Below, piece by piece: positions 50,042 through 62,600 of a DNA stretch of 64,000 nt. Location of the stretch: NCBI RefSeq assembly GCF_003704095.1, contig NW_020844059.1, forward strand, positions 186,001 through 250,000, written 5' to 3'. Every line of letters starts with the position of its first letter. Within the stretch, counting starts at the first letter, position 1. The stretch comes from Pocillopora damicornis. Its lineage: Eukaryota. A program made the position numbers and the translations under genes. The notes under the pieces were generated by a model. That model saw only the letters and a program-made list of their open reading frames with translations. It was not told the DNA's origin and searched no databases.

Positions 50042-50839
50042 TTAAGGATCTAAGGAGGGCACTGGAACTCTGTTGTCACAATTTCCCTGATTAGCAATTC
50101 TCTTTGTTAGGTGACATGCATTTCTATGTACATCAGTAAAGAGAAATTGATTTAATATCAAGACAATACTCACTACTTGAGTCTGTCTATTCCCACCACC
50201 TACTTGCTGAATAACATAAGAAAATTGTGAGGAGAAGAAACACTTTAATCACTGCTGGGAGGCAAAGGGTGAACTAGATAACAGTAAATGTTTTCATCAC
50301 AATAAATCAATTGAACTCTAAATGTATAATTTATTGCAATTTTTTTAAATTTTATCATTTTACAATTAAATTCAAAGATATTTGTGTCAAATAAAAGATT
50401 GGGTTTTGTATTGCTCAATAAATTTCTCCCTGTGTTTCGCAAGGAAAAGCAAGATAATTTGAAATGAGAATCTAGCACTGCATAAGAAGTCTCTAAAGAC
50501 TTTTTTCACACAATTTCAGTGCAAAAGTTTATTTAGTGTTACTGGAGCATGAACCAATAATTTAAATAGACAAAAAACTGACCATACTTCCTCATATGAA
50601 AAGTATTTCCTTTAAAGGGGAGGGGGGAACTCATTGAAAGGCAGGTGCTTAATCAAAGGGGGCCCTTTTTTAGTTTGTGCAGCAAAAGGACAAACTCAGG
50701 AACTCAGTGAGCACAAGGAGATAGAAATAGCTTGTATCCCAACCATTAAGAAAGTGAGGAAGGAGGGGGTGTATTTATTTCAGAGGGGTGCTTGTTTAAC
50801 ATTATAGCCAAGAGTAGTCAAAAGTTAAACTCCTCTGCA

Positions 50840-51964
50840 TCAAAAACTAATGAAATCAATAATGTGTGGATCAAATTTGGTACCAATGTGCCGTGTACCA
50901 GTAAACTTGACATGACCTGTCTTTATCAGCTGCGTGAAACTTGAACAGCTGGAGCCAAACATGAAACCACCAGTACCTGCTGGGACACCCCCAAGACTAC
51001 TGAATGCATTTGGGCCACTTTGTATACACCGACACTGTCGGAAATCTGCACCTGAGATGTCAGCATTCGTGAAATCAACCACTACATGACTGGAAAACTC
51101 ACAACCATAGAAACTTGTGTTTACCAGACAAGCCTCTGCAAATGAAACATTATGTGCAAATGTGGTATGTGCAAAGGAAAGACCTGAAAGGTTTTTACCA
51201 CTGAAATCTATATTATTTTTGGTCATGTTGTGGGAGACAAAGTCTGCATTTTTAAATCTGGAGGAGCCTACTGCTGCATCTGGTTTGGGCATGTGTTGAC
51301 TTGGTGATGAAGGACGAGCGCTTGTGGAGGCCTGTCTCGTCAAGGTCGCCAGCATGTCATTAATTTCATCCTGGGTGAAGTCTGGCGCCGGTGGTGGCGG
51401 ATCCAAGATATTCTCCACGCTAGCTACTAGATCACTGAGTTGATAATAGTGCGCCTCGTTTATGATTTCCCTCAGTAATACTTCATCCTGTGGAAGCAAA
51501 TCAGGTCTAAACCCATCACGGAGATAATTTAAAATGTGCCTGAAATGGGTACCATCTCTGTCTACGAAATAACTTCCATCTGGTTCTTGTAAAAGTTTGT
51601 GCCTCCCTGAAAACATGGTAGCTAGCATTGAGTCTTTGTCTCGCCTCAGAGTCTGAAGGGAAGTCGTGAAACGATGCCCTCCTATGTTGAGATGAACAGG
51701 TGATGATTGGAATTCATGCACTTCTTCCATACTTTTCTTCTCTTTTTCAATCCGTTGCCTGGTCTCGTCAAGATCTTTGTATTGCTCTTGAATTGCCATT
51801 TCCTCGCTTTCTCGCCTAGCCTTCATTTCTTGTTCAAATTCAGCACGATCTCTTGCGAGTTGCTCGCTCAATCTCGTCAGCTCACTCTCGCGTTTTTCAA
51901 ACGAAGTCAAGAGATCGTTAAGTTTTCCGTGAACTTCACGACTCCAAGATTCTCCGTCAGACAT
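50840..51964 (-). CDS. Intronless KCTD-type BTB/POZ protein with an N-terminal coiled coil and C-terminal pentapeptide repeats (KCTD9/FIP2-like C-terminal half)
   Basis: First in-frame ATG at 51964. E/R/K-rich heptad region, then VHLNIGGHRFTTSLQTL...SMLATMFSGR...YFVDRDGTHFRHILNYLRDG, then repeats such as FSGKNLSGLSF, FAEACLVNTSF and FTNADISGADF. Confidence 0.9.
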   Translation of the reverse strand: MSDGESWSREVHGKLNDLLTSFEKRESELTRLSEQLARDRAEFEQEMKARRESEEMAIQEQYKDLDETRQRIEKEKKSMEEVHEFQSSPVHLNIGGHRFTTSLQTLRRDKDSMLATMFSGRHKLLQEPDGSYFVDRDGTHFRHILNYLRDGFRPDLLPQDEVLLREIINEAHYYQLSDLVASVENILDPPPPAPDFTQDEINDMLATLTRQASTSARPSSPSQHMPKPDAAVGSSRFKNADFVSHNMTKNNIDFSGKNLSGLSFAHTTFAHNVSFAEACLVNTSFYGCEFSSHVVVDFTNADISGADFRQCRCIQSGPNAFSSLGGVPAGTGGFMFGSSCSSFTQLIKTGHVKFTGTRHIGTKFDPHIIDFISF

Positions 51965-52721
51965 GTCTTTTAGTGTGGATAATCCTTTCTGGCAGACTCT
52001 TCTTCCGATTTTCAAAGATCGACTGATGAAAGTTTTTGAAAGGGGAATAACTATCGACGATAAGCCAAAACAAAGGAGAGACACGTGTTCAGCGGAACGT
52101 ACTGCGGCCTCATATAGAACGACTTGAGTTGGAAAGGCAAAAGAATTGAGGCTCGTAACATATCTTGCTCTTGTAAATCATTTCCTAAGTGAAAGTATGT
52201 CTAATGTCACAAAGTAAGAAGCGAGTTAAACTGACGTGGCACTCGAAACTAGACTTTCTTGAGGTGTGGTAGTATGGGGAAGGGGGAGGGGAGGGGGACT
52301 TTCAATTCCTTTTCTGACGTATTGATGGGGGGGGGGGGGGGGAGGAGTGGCGGCTTGAACTTCACCTCTCAGGGACAGTTCCCACATGCCTAACTTAGCG
52401 CATTTCACCGATGATTCACTCTCTTTTCTACGTATGTTACTTTTCAAGATGGTGATTCGATATATATATTTATATTTATCTTATGAGTGTATAATAAGTG
52501 CCAGACCCCCGGCAAATCTCTCCCCGACTCGTCTCCAACCGCGGGCGGCGAAACATGCGTTTTGCATTGCAAAAAATGATTGCCAACTTGCAAGCGAGAA
52601 AAACGCAGTTGCAACTGTTTTAAGTTTGACGCTTATAAGTTCAACGGATGATACGAGTTTCAAAGACAAATTACAAGTCGCAGTGAATCACCAATCTCTG
52701 ATAATTTCGCTCCAGCTTTAA

Positions 52722-52925
52722 CCCTTTACACACTAACATCAGTATGCATATTCTCCATACTGTTCTCTATACATTTCCTAAGGTGCTGACAAGGAGAATT
52801 TGTTTAACAATCAAGAGTTTCTTTAGTTGGCGATCATTTCCTTTATTCTCATGACCTTCATGTATGATTCTGAGCTGATAATGTGGGGAGAAATTTCATG
52901 CTGGTCACTCCTAGGGGTTAAAAGG
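52722..52925. mobile_element. piggyBac-like MITE; same subfamily at 56174-56379, 60326-60529 and 63101-63299, degenerate near 58237-58440 and 60957-61145
   Basis: TTAA-CCCTTTACAC...TTAAAAGG-TTAA. Confidence 0.82.
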
Positions 52926-53683
52926 TTAAGACCAACAGGCTACAACTCGTTTTCCAACAATTCGCCTGCTTGGGCAACTCTATTTATAAAGCAAAAATTC
53001 CAACATGTGTTTAACTTCATTTTACGTTTTAATTCACACAGTTCTTCAAAATGTTACTCAAGTAACAATCCATGTTGCTGTACCCAGCGTCTGTTTCCCC
53101 TAGGTATCTGTCTTAAACAGAATATTTGTAATCTCTACTCGCGTTACATGAAAAATGCACTCTCTTTCAGCCAATCAGAAGCATGTGATTTTTTCATGTA
53201 CATTATCAACCATTAAACACGTCCATATTAAATGATAAAACACGTTTATTCCACTAGGAAGTTTTGAGAGTTCAGGTTCATTTCCCCACCCCAAAAAGGC
53301 AAGGTCTAAGTCTCCACAGCATTGCCCATCTCCAGGGCCTTCGTCTGAGCTCGACTCTTCATTAGCTCCACTGTGTAAAGTTGTCAGGAAGGCTATCTAA
53401 GGCTTGCCTTGATCCTGCACAGTAGACGGGAGTGGGTATGTCTTAAGCAGTCGTTGAGAAGAATCTAGAGGTCAATACAGCTTGAGAGCATAAGTATTAG
53501 AGTTAATCAACGCGTCTTGATTCCGTCTTTTGTGATTTTGTTATTTGTGATTTTCCATTTCTCTTAGCAGGCTACCAATTCGAAGGAAAGATCTTGATTG
53601 AGTGCAGCACGTTCTGATCTCTTATCCTCATGAGTTCGATCTCATCTCCTATCATCTGGCGGTGATTCCCATGGCAATAAAAT

Positions 53684-56600
53684 TCACATCTTTGAGCGTG
53701 TAAGCCAGAAAAATTCCTGTAAAGCAAATGCAGAACATAACATTAGTTAGCCTCCTAGACGCTAGGGGTTTTAGAAATCTCTCCTCCTTACTCTCGCCAA
53801 ATTCTCATCACTTATCTGGTTGATATTGTATCGATATTGTAAGGAGAAATTCTGTCTTGGTCACTCATGGAGGTTTAAGGGCTAAGAGTGGTTAAAATTG
53901 ACACCGATTGTAAATGACGAACTTGGAAGATTTTTCAACATCCCCAAAACCATAAGGGTGCTCAATCTGTGCATTTTCTGACTACTTTACCTGCGGTTTG
54001 CGGTCGGCATAGGGGCTTATCATGACGTTGATCAACACTGGTTTCTTATTCTTTCCCGTCTCGACGAAAGCACTTTCCAACGCTTTCTTCAGTTCATCCG
54101 GAGTCTCTGCGAAGAAACCTTTTCCTCCAAATGCTTCGATGATTCTCTCATACCGTGCCTTGGGTAAAAGAGCTGTTGGAGGTGCACTAGAGAGAAATGT
54201 TGACAAACAAACAAATCTTTTATTTATCATACATAATCTTTCTTTACCTATCACACAACGTGGAGAACAAGTTGGAATTGAGAGTTGAAGTAATCCGTGA
54301 CTGGCTTAGTTTTGCTTTACTTCGCTGTGTGATTGGTCCAGAAAACTCGCGCCACTTTCTCAACCAATCAGATCCAAAAATAGAACCGATCGCGAATTGA
54401 TCACTCGCGTTTTCCCGCGCTACCGGCAGTTTGCTTCTTTACTTTGAGTTTTCATTAGCTCTTTCGTATATTTCCTTAATTCTGATTGGCTTTTTGTGCT
54501 TTCTTTGGTTTGATTTTAACGACATGTGATCGAAAAGCACTTTAAGATGAGAATTGCTTATCCAAAACCATGGGAACTCCCACGGCATATCATCACAAGA
54601 CTTAAATAACTCGAAATAACAGGGGTATACAATCATTCTGCCACTAAGAAGACTCGCCTCCAGTGAGCTCGCCACCAAGGCAATCACGCCACCACCAGGT
54701 CGCCACTAGTAAACTTGCCACTAAGGTCGCTAGCTAATTTGGTATAAATTTAAAGCTTAAGGCGACTCTTAAGTTTGATTTTGAGTCTCGCAAGCATCGC
54801 CATAAGGATGCCATGGGCCATACCGCATATAGCAATTCCAGTAACATTTGATGTTCAGTCGTACACCCCCTTACATGAGACAATTGAAGGACTTGCAACA
54901 GGCAATAAGAAAAAGGAAAACATAATTACATTATAATAACACTCGTTACTTCCTTTTTTACCGTCGACGGTTCACAACCACTTGTACCATGTAACTATAC
55001 CTTTTTGCAGGATTGATTCCCAACTCGTCCCAGCTTTCCTCGTCCACTCCGTTGTAGATACCATTGTTGTTTACTATGATGAAGACGATTGGCAGATTAT
55101 ACCTGGGTTGACGGAAAATAAGTGAAATTTATAAAAAAAGAAAAAAAAACTCGACCACAACTAAAAGGTCCCTTAACGCTTAGCTTAAATGGTGCTTCTC
55201 CTTCAAAACTGCTGTAGACTTTTTTTGGTGTTAGTCGTCAGAATTTTGTGGAACATCTTTATTAAGTAGAAAGTAAAGCAGTGGATAACGTTGAAGGCGC
55301 TATGCTATTCACCTCCGGGAAACTCGCACGGGATTTGCGCCCGGAAATATTGTAATCGTTGCAAGAATAAATGAGTTAAAATCATCTTTTTGTGATATAT
55401 TATCTCACTTTTTTTTGTTTTATTCTAAAACAACTATTCACCTCAGTGTAAGTGTCCACCTAGGAAAATCCATTGTTTGTTGGTTTTTTTCAAATTCTTA
55501 ACACCTGCACGCTAAACAGTGTATTGATATTACAAGAGGACAACAGATGCTGATCTTTAAATGTTTATTGCTGTATGATACCTGCATGCAGTTTCAAGCT
55601 CCATTCCTGAGAAACCAAAAGCACTGTCGCCTTGGACGCACACCACCCTCCTGGGGGGATTTTTGTCATCAGCTTCGGACTCAGCTAACAGAGCAGCAGC
55701 GATGGCAAAACCAGTTCCCACTCCCATTGTACCAAACGTGCCCGCATCTAGCCTGGGATGAAACGCAAGGAAATATTTACAAAGTGTAAGCTGTGGAAGT
55801 CAATCGATTTAATTTAACATAACAATAGTTTGTGCACAAAAACTCGTCTGAGTTGGAATTTCTCTCCTTAAGATTCGATTTCTTTGTGTGCGGGTTTGAA
55901 ATTCACATTAGATGATGCGGTAGCCTGACGCATTTTACTCTTGATTGAGCAATTTTCAATCTAGTGTCAACAGTAATCCAGGACTGCTTTGGTTTTGCTT
56001 TACGTCGCTATGTGATTGGTTTAAAAAACTCACGCCACTTTCTCGACCAATCAGATTCAAAACTTAAACCAAAGGCGACTCGGCCACGTAAGTTTTCCCG
56101 TGGTTCACTTGTTTTTACTTTGAAATTAATTTGTCTCTTGTTTCGATTGGCTGTTGTATTCACTTTGGTTTAACCCTGTACACCCTAACATCAGTATGCA
56201 TATTCTCCATACTGTTATCTAATACATTTCTTAAGGTGCTGACATGGAGAATTTGTTCAACAATCAAGAGCTTCTTTAGTTGGTGATCATTTCCTATATT
56301 CCGATGATCTCAAATGAATGAATTAGCAGTATTATTGTAAGGAGAAACTAGATGCTGTTCAATCTTAGGGTTTAAAAGGTTAAGTTTCGACGGTGTTGGT
56401 CTAATAGTGTCTTGTCTAGACTGTTCATGTAAAGTAATAAGTCTCTGAGTAACTACAAAGTTAAAACAGATTTACGACAGATTTTGAAAACAAAAAAAAG
56501 AATGAAATTACATCATACCTGTTTCGAGGGAGGTGATTGGGTATCATGGTTCGTCCAATGTCCATTGTGTTTGCTCCTTCATTAACTACAACACAGTCAC

Positions 56601-59600
56601 GCGGTAAACGCTTTGTGAGCTAGAAAATGTAGAAAAGTGCCAGTTTCAATTCAGCGAAATCCCTTACCTTCTGTTTTCCAGGAAAAGTATATTCCTGTGC
56701 TTCAAATTTGTTCACTCCCCACCCCAAGCTATGTAACCATGCCTCTTGTGCAGAATGTAAGACCATTTAAGGCCACTAGGACTATTTTTAAGAGTACCTG
56801 AGTACTCATTTAATTACATGTAACAGTCCATATGGACAGGGAGGTAAATGAAATGTTCAGTTTCATGGCTAGTGAGCTAGAATCCGTTTCTAGAGGTCTG
56901 GGTTAAAGTCCTGGGCAACTCAATGCTTCTAATGGCCTAGAAGTATTAATAGGTAAAAACCTGGCAATTAAGTAAGGATCCCAGCTAAGTGCAGAAGGAA
57001 TACTTCTGGTCACCTTATGCCAGGGAAGCTGCGATCATATTTGGCAATATGGACCACCACGCTTGCACGATGACTTTAAAAATATGAATACTCCACTTAC
57101 CTGACCATAAACTTGGTAGTAATTCATTGGAACAGAAGTCTCGTTGGCAAGTTCCTGTTGAAGTATAAATTCATACTATATAAGCGAAATTTGATAACGT
57201 GCTGTCAAACCAACACTTAAAAGAGCAACTTTGAACTCAAAGTTGAAAAAATAAAGAAAGACAATACCTATACCTCATTGACTTGTTTGTTTGTTTCTGA
57301 CTTTTCCTTAAGTTCTTTTCTCCAGCTGGGGGAACCACATAGATTTGCTAGATCTTCTCCAAACTTACTCTTTACTGCTTCTCCCAGCTACAGAAAAAAA
57401 TAACTTGCCATGAAGTCTCAAATAGTGTAACTTGTGGGTTCACCAAGACACTTCATCAGACACAATTTAAGAATGGACAAAAAGTTTATCAGGTTTCAAA
57501 ATAGAGGCTTTATCAGACCCCATTGAGAGTTGCAGTTCTTATTGATCAAACTAAAAGAAAACAAGAGGGGTTTTAACCCTTTAATTCCCACATCAAATTT
57601 GTAATTCTCCTTACTGTCAACCATACAATTCTAATAATGTTAGTTCAGAGAATTTAGTATTGGATCAACTAATTATCCCCAAATTGATATTTTTCTTTAT
57701 TCTCATCACTTATCTAGTTGATATTGTATTGATATTGTTAAGGAGATTCTGTCTTGGTCACTCATGGGAGAAAAAAGGTTAAGGTGCTATATAACAGCAT
57801 TTTTCAATCTTATTGGAGGTGCCATGGCCTGACCATTGGTACACCTGAATCTGTGTCCAGAGGTGCAAGACCTGGTCTACTCATTGCATTGTGATCTTGG
57901 CAAGATAATTTAGCCACACAGTGCCTCTCTTCACTCAGGAATATGACTGGATAGCAGCCAATGTTTAGAAGCCTAAAAAAATGCTGAGGGGTAATCATCA
58001 GTCAAAAAGCATCCCATCCAAGGAGAAGTACCAAAACTCCTTGTCTTTTTGTGCCTTGGTGACTGGAATAAGTTTTGATGCCGTGTGGGCCACTTGACTC
58101 AGGCCCAGACCTTTTTCTTAGCCCTTAAATAGTATGACACCTAGAGACAACTAGAGTTTTTGAATGTGTAGGTACAGCAAAGAAGAAGGAATAAACCAAA
58201 ATGGAAAACAAGAGGTTAGGGATAGCTAAAATGAATATTTTACACCAAAACATCAGTTTGTATAATCTCCATACTATTCTTTTTATATTTCCCAAGGTGC
58301 TGACAAGGAAGATTGGATTAATAATGAAGAGTTTTTTGGGTTCATGATCATTTCCTATATTCTTGTCACCTCAATGTTTGTTTCAGGGGTGATAATGTAA
58401 GGAGAAATTGGATGCTAGTCACTCTTGAGGCTTACAGGCTTTTCAAACTTTGAAAAGTTTAAGCCACACATCTAAAGCTGTACCTACCAATACATATTAG
58501 AGACAAAGACTTTTTGAGGAGCTACAAGCTAACCATACAGGTGTACCTGTTCTGCTACTCTGTTTAAATCTCCCAAAAGCACAACCTCTGCACGTACATT
58601 GTTATTCATTTCCTCTGCATGGAGATCAACCTAGAGAAAAACAAAAGTTGAGCAACAATCCACGCTAAACGAGAAAGTCACTGAATGGTATTGTATTCCT
58701 TAATTTTAACTGTGACAGTTGTATTTAAATGGTTTCATAAGATTTCAAAATCCATGTGGAGTGACACTAATTAAATTAAGATGGCTCATGCAAATTAAGA
58801 TAAGGGTATATTTCAACCCTTTAACTCCCAAGATCTGATTGTTAATTCTCGCCTCTAGCTGCTGCACATTTCCTTGTACATAAGTTACGAGAACTTGGTG
58901 TTACATCAAGTAAATGTCTACCTGATAAGTTTGAGTATTATCATTACCTGTTTGCTAGAAAATGTATGGATAAGTATTTACCGACAGCTTATTTGAATTA
59001 TATACCTGTATTATTTTAACATCAGGCCTAAATCTTGGCGGTTTCCCAAAATGAAGAATCCAGTTCAATCTTGCACCAAACAGAAAGATCACATCAGCTT
59101 GAGATAAGGCTCTGAGGACAAAAGTACATATGAGCATAAGGAATATTAATGTGGCTAGAACAATTAACAATTATTGGCCAAAGACAAAGTGAATATGTTT
59201 GAATAGTCCTGCAGATGAAGTCTGAGGCAAACAGTTGTTTTGGTGCAATTGCTCAGACAGGTGCTTCCCAATTCTGTTGTAAATTCATTGTGTTGTTAGC
59301 ACCATTCTGTTTCTATCGTTTTGCTCACTTTTATCGAATTGAGATAAGTAGCCAGTCTCCATTAGAATTTAACAGGTTTATCTAATTCAATCAGGTTTAT
59401 CTAATTCAATCTGTAAACGTGTGACCTCAAGCCTGGTGGTACACATATGGTTAGTTTTGTGCTCTATGGACTTAACTTATCTTCTATTGCATTCATCCTT
59501 TCCTCGATGACAATCACAAAACATGAGATGACTTATTAGGAAGACAGTAACTGAACTAGCATGGTGTGTGATCAGCGTGCATGCACGCAGGCTCAGAAAC

Positions 59601-62600
59601 ATTTTCAATTTGTAAGCTCATAAGCAAAGTGACACATGCAATTATAGTGTGTGTGCATTTAGTTTTTGAGAGCTGTATTTTTGAGGACTTTTTACCAGGT
59701 TTTATTATAAGCCATGTCACTGTGTTGAGGTTGTTTTGGCTGATTAAACATGGAATTGTTTTCCAAAGGGTTTTCTGTAATTGCTTAAGGACATGAATAA
59801 AGCAAGATATGATGCAATCCTCAACCAATCAGAATGCCTGCATCCCTTTAATCACCAGAAGAATCATACCTAATGCTTTTAGCCATTACTGAGATATCAA
59901 TAATAACTGAATGAGTGAGCAGTAAGTTTGTTGCTTGCAGAAAAATTCCCCATTGTAGAAATTCCTGAAGTTTGTATCTCAAAGGAAACTTGCCTTTTTT
60001 CCTTGGGAAAAATGTGCGACATCTTCCTAGTTTATATTTATCATAACTGTATAGTAATAGCTTGTATTTCATGTTATTCATAAACAATAACTAGAGGTAC
60101 TTACCTTGATCTTGCTGCAGCTACACAGAGGGGATGTTCATCAGAAATCACTCCCTTCCCCATGGGGGTGGGGAGAAATGGCAACTTGCATCTCTCTACA
60201 AATTCCTGGAGAGGTTTCTCAGCACATGCATATGCAGCACCTGCAAAAGGAAATTGAATATCCAATATGAATACTGACTATACAAATTATTGAAGAGGTC
60301 AGACTGTTGTAGATTGTGTAATAAACCCTTTACACCCTAATTTCAGTATGTATATCCTCCATACTGTTCTCTATACATTTCCTAAGGTGCTGACAAGGAG
60401 AATTTGGTTAACAATCAGGAGCTTCTTAGGTTGGTGATCATTTCATTTATTCTTGTGAATTTACTGTTTGATTCAAGGGTAATATTGTATGGAGAAATTA
60501 GATGCTAATCACTCTATAGAGTTAGAGAGGTTTAGAAAAAAATGCAGCTAACAAATGATATTTGGATCTAATAATTCCTGATCTTTGCAAAACCAGCTCT
60601 CCTAGGCCCATATGATTACACGTCACTTATCTGAAGAAAAAGCTACCAGTTTGTAAGAAGTGTGGCATTTTTTGTCACTCTTTTACACCAGGTACAACGA
60701 ACACAGCAGACAGCTCTTAACCCTTTAACCCCTAAGAGTGATTAGCATCTAATTTCTCCTTAAAATATCACTTCTGAATCAAACATTAAGGTCATGAGAA
60801 TAAAGGAAATGATCACCAACTAAATAAGCTCTTGATTGTTCAACAAATTCTCCTTGTTAACTCCTCAAGAAATGTATTAAGAACAGTAGGGAGAATATGC
60901 ATACTGATGTTTGGGTGTAAAGGGTTAAAATGGGTAACTGGAACTTTAAGTTTTGCCTTTTACACCTTAACATCAGTATGCACATTCTCCATACTGTTTT
61001 CTAAACATTTCCTAGGGTGCTGACAAGGAGAATTGGTTCATCAATCAATAGAATATTTAGTTGGTGATCATTTCCTTTATTCTCATGACCTTACTGTGTA
61101 ATACAAGGTTTATACTGTTAGGAGAAATCAGATGCCAGTCACTTTCTTTCCCTTCAAATATTTTGTCTCTTGACACCCATCCAAATCACATTTTCTCTGG
61201 CATCAATTTAAGAAAAATTAGCTGAGTTTTTTTTTTGTTTGTACCTTTTCCAATTATAACTAGAGGTTTTCTTGCTTCACTGAGAACCTGGACAGCTTTG
61301 TCAACAGCAAATGGATCGGCTAGACACTTGGGTGGAGGAGGTGAACAGCAAATTTTCCTGAGTGTGAAAAAATACTTTTACTGTTTAATCAAAATCAAAC
61401 TATAGATTTTAGGTCTCTGAGGTTCAATTCTCTCATCATATAGGAGACCAAGTTTGAATTTAATGTAGCAAAATGTACATAAAAATATCAATTTAAGCCT
61501 CAAATGCTACTTGGTTTAAAAAAAAAGAAAATAAAATATAGTTTTCCATGACTGAAACCAAATGTGATTCTTTAAATTCATGGAACATCAAGCTATCAAA
61601 CTGAAGCTCCTGTAAAAGAATCTCAAGTACATTGTGTAACTCCATGTCAATTGCTTACAGTAGCCTAATGATTTTCTTGGAGTCTTTTTTTCTCTTAAGT
61701 ATTACAATGATTTACAAATTAAAACAGTTCAAACTTTAATCACCAATCTGTCCTACAGCACACTTATACCACCCATGTCACTCTTGAACAACTTTACATT
61801 GTGTGTACTGCTAGTCACCTTGCCTTGCAGGCTGCAACCTTCTCTGTAATCATATTCCCTGGTAAGTCCAGATAACATGCACCAGGTCTTCCATACATAC
61901 TTGTCCGCACTGCCTATTAATAAAATTATAGCATAAAAAGTCACAAAAAATAATCAGTAATAAAACGTTACCTGATTTCTAAAAGTTGATGTAATCTTTC
62001 AGAGAAGTTTAATTATCTGCTGAACTACAAAATATTAAAAAATACTGCAAAATTGCAGCAAAAGTTCTACTATTGCTGTTGAAGTATCTTTTCTAGGAGG
62101 AAGTTGACAGACCCAGAAAGATGGACTTTTCCACATCTTCCTGAAATAAATGAATCTGCCTTCTTTACCTTTTCAACAAAGAATGGTATCACTCCTACAC
62201 TGCTTGGTCTTGCTGAATACTTGCTGTAAGGTCTTGCTGCTTCAACCTGGGATAATGAAATCATAAGTAAAGAGTTCTTGGCAATTGAAAACACTGGTCT
62301 ACAGAAAGTCGATCAATTACAAGGGGTTTCACCATAATGGAGTAGCAATCTAACCTGCGTGACAAGAAGCAGTTACAATAAAAGTAACTTGTACTTGTTT
62401 CATCTAATAGAAACATTCCAAAAAAACAACAGAAAGTGTGATAACCTATAAAAGTGCTAGGCAGGTAGATTTGTAATGCTGAAAACACCTAGTTCTTAAA
62501 AAAATATATTACTGAACATAACATGGCTACCACAAAAAAGAGAAGTACCCAGAAGAACAATGCATGTATATAAAGCTAGCACATATGAGAGAGGCATATT

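Noticed and set aside
59373-59410. 19-bp perfect tandem duplication CAGGTTTATCTAATTCAAT x2
   Set aside because: Ordinary intronic slippage duplication with no sign of function.
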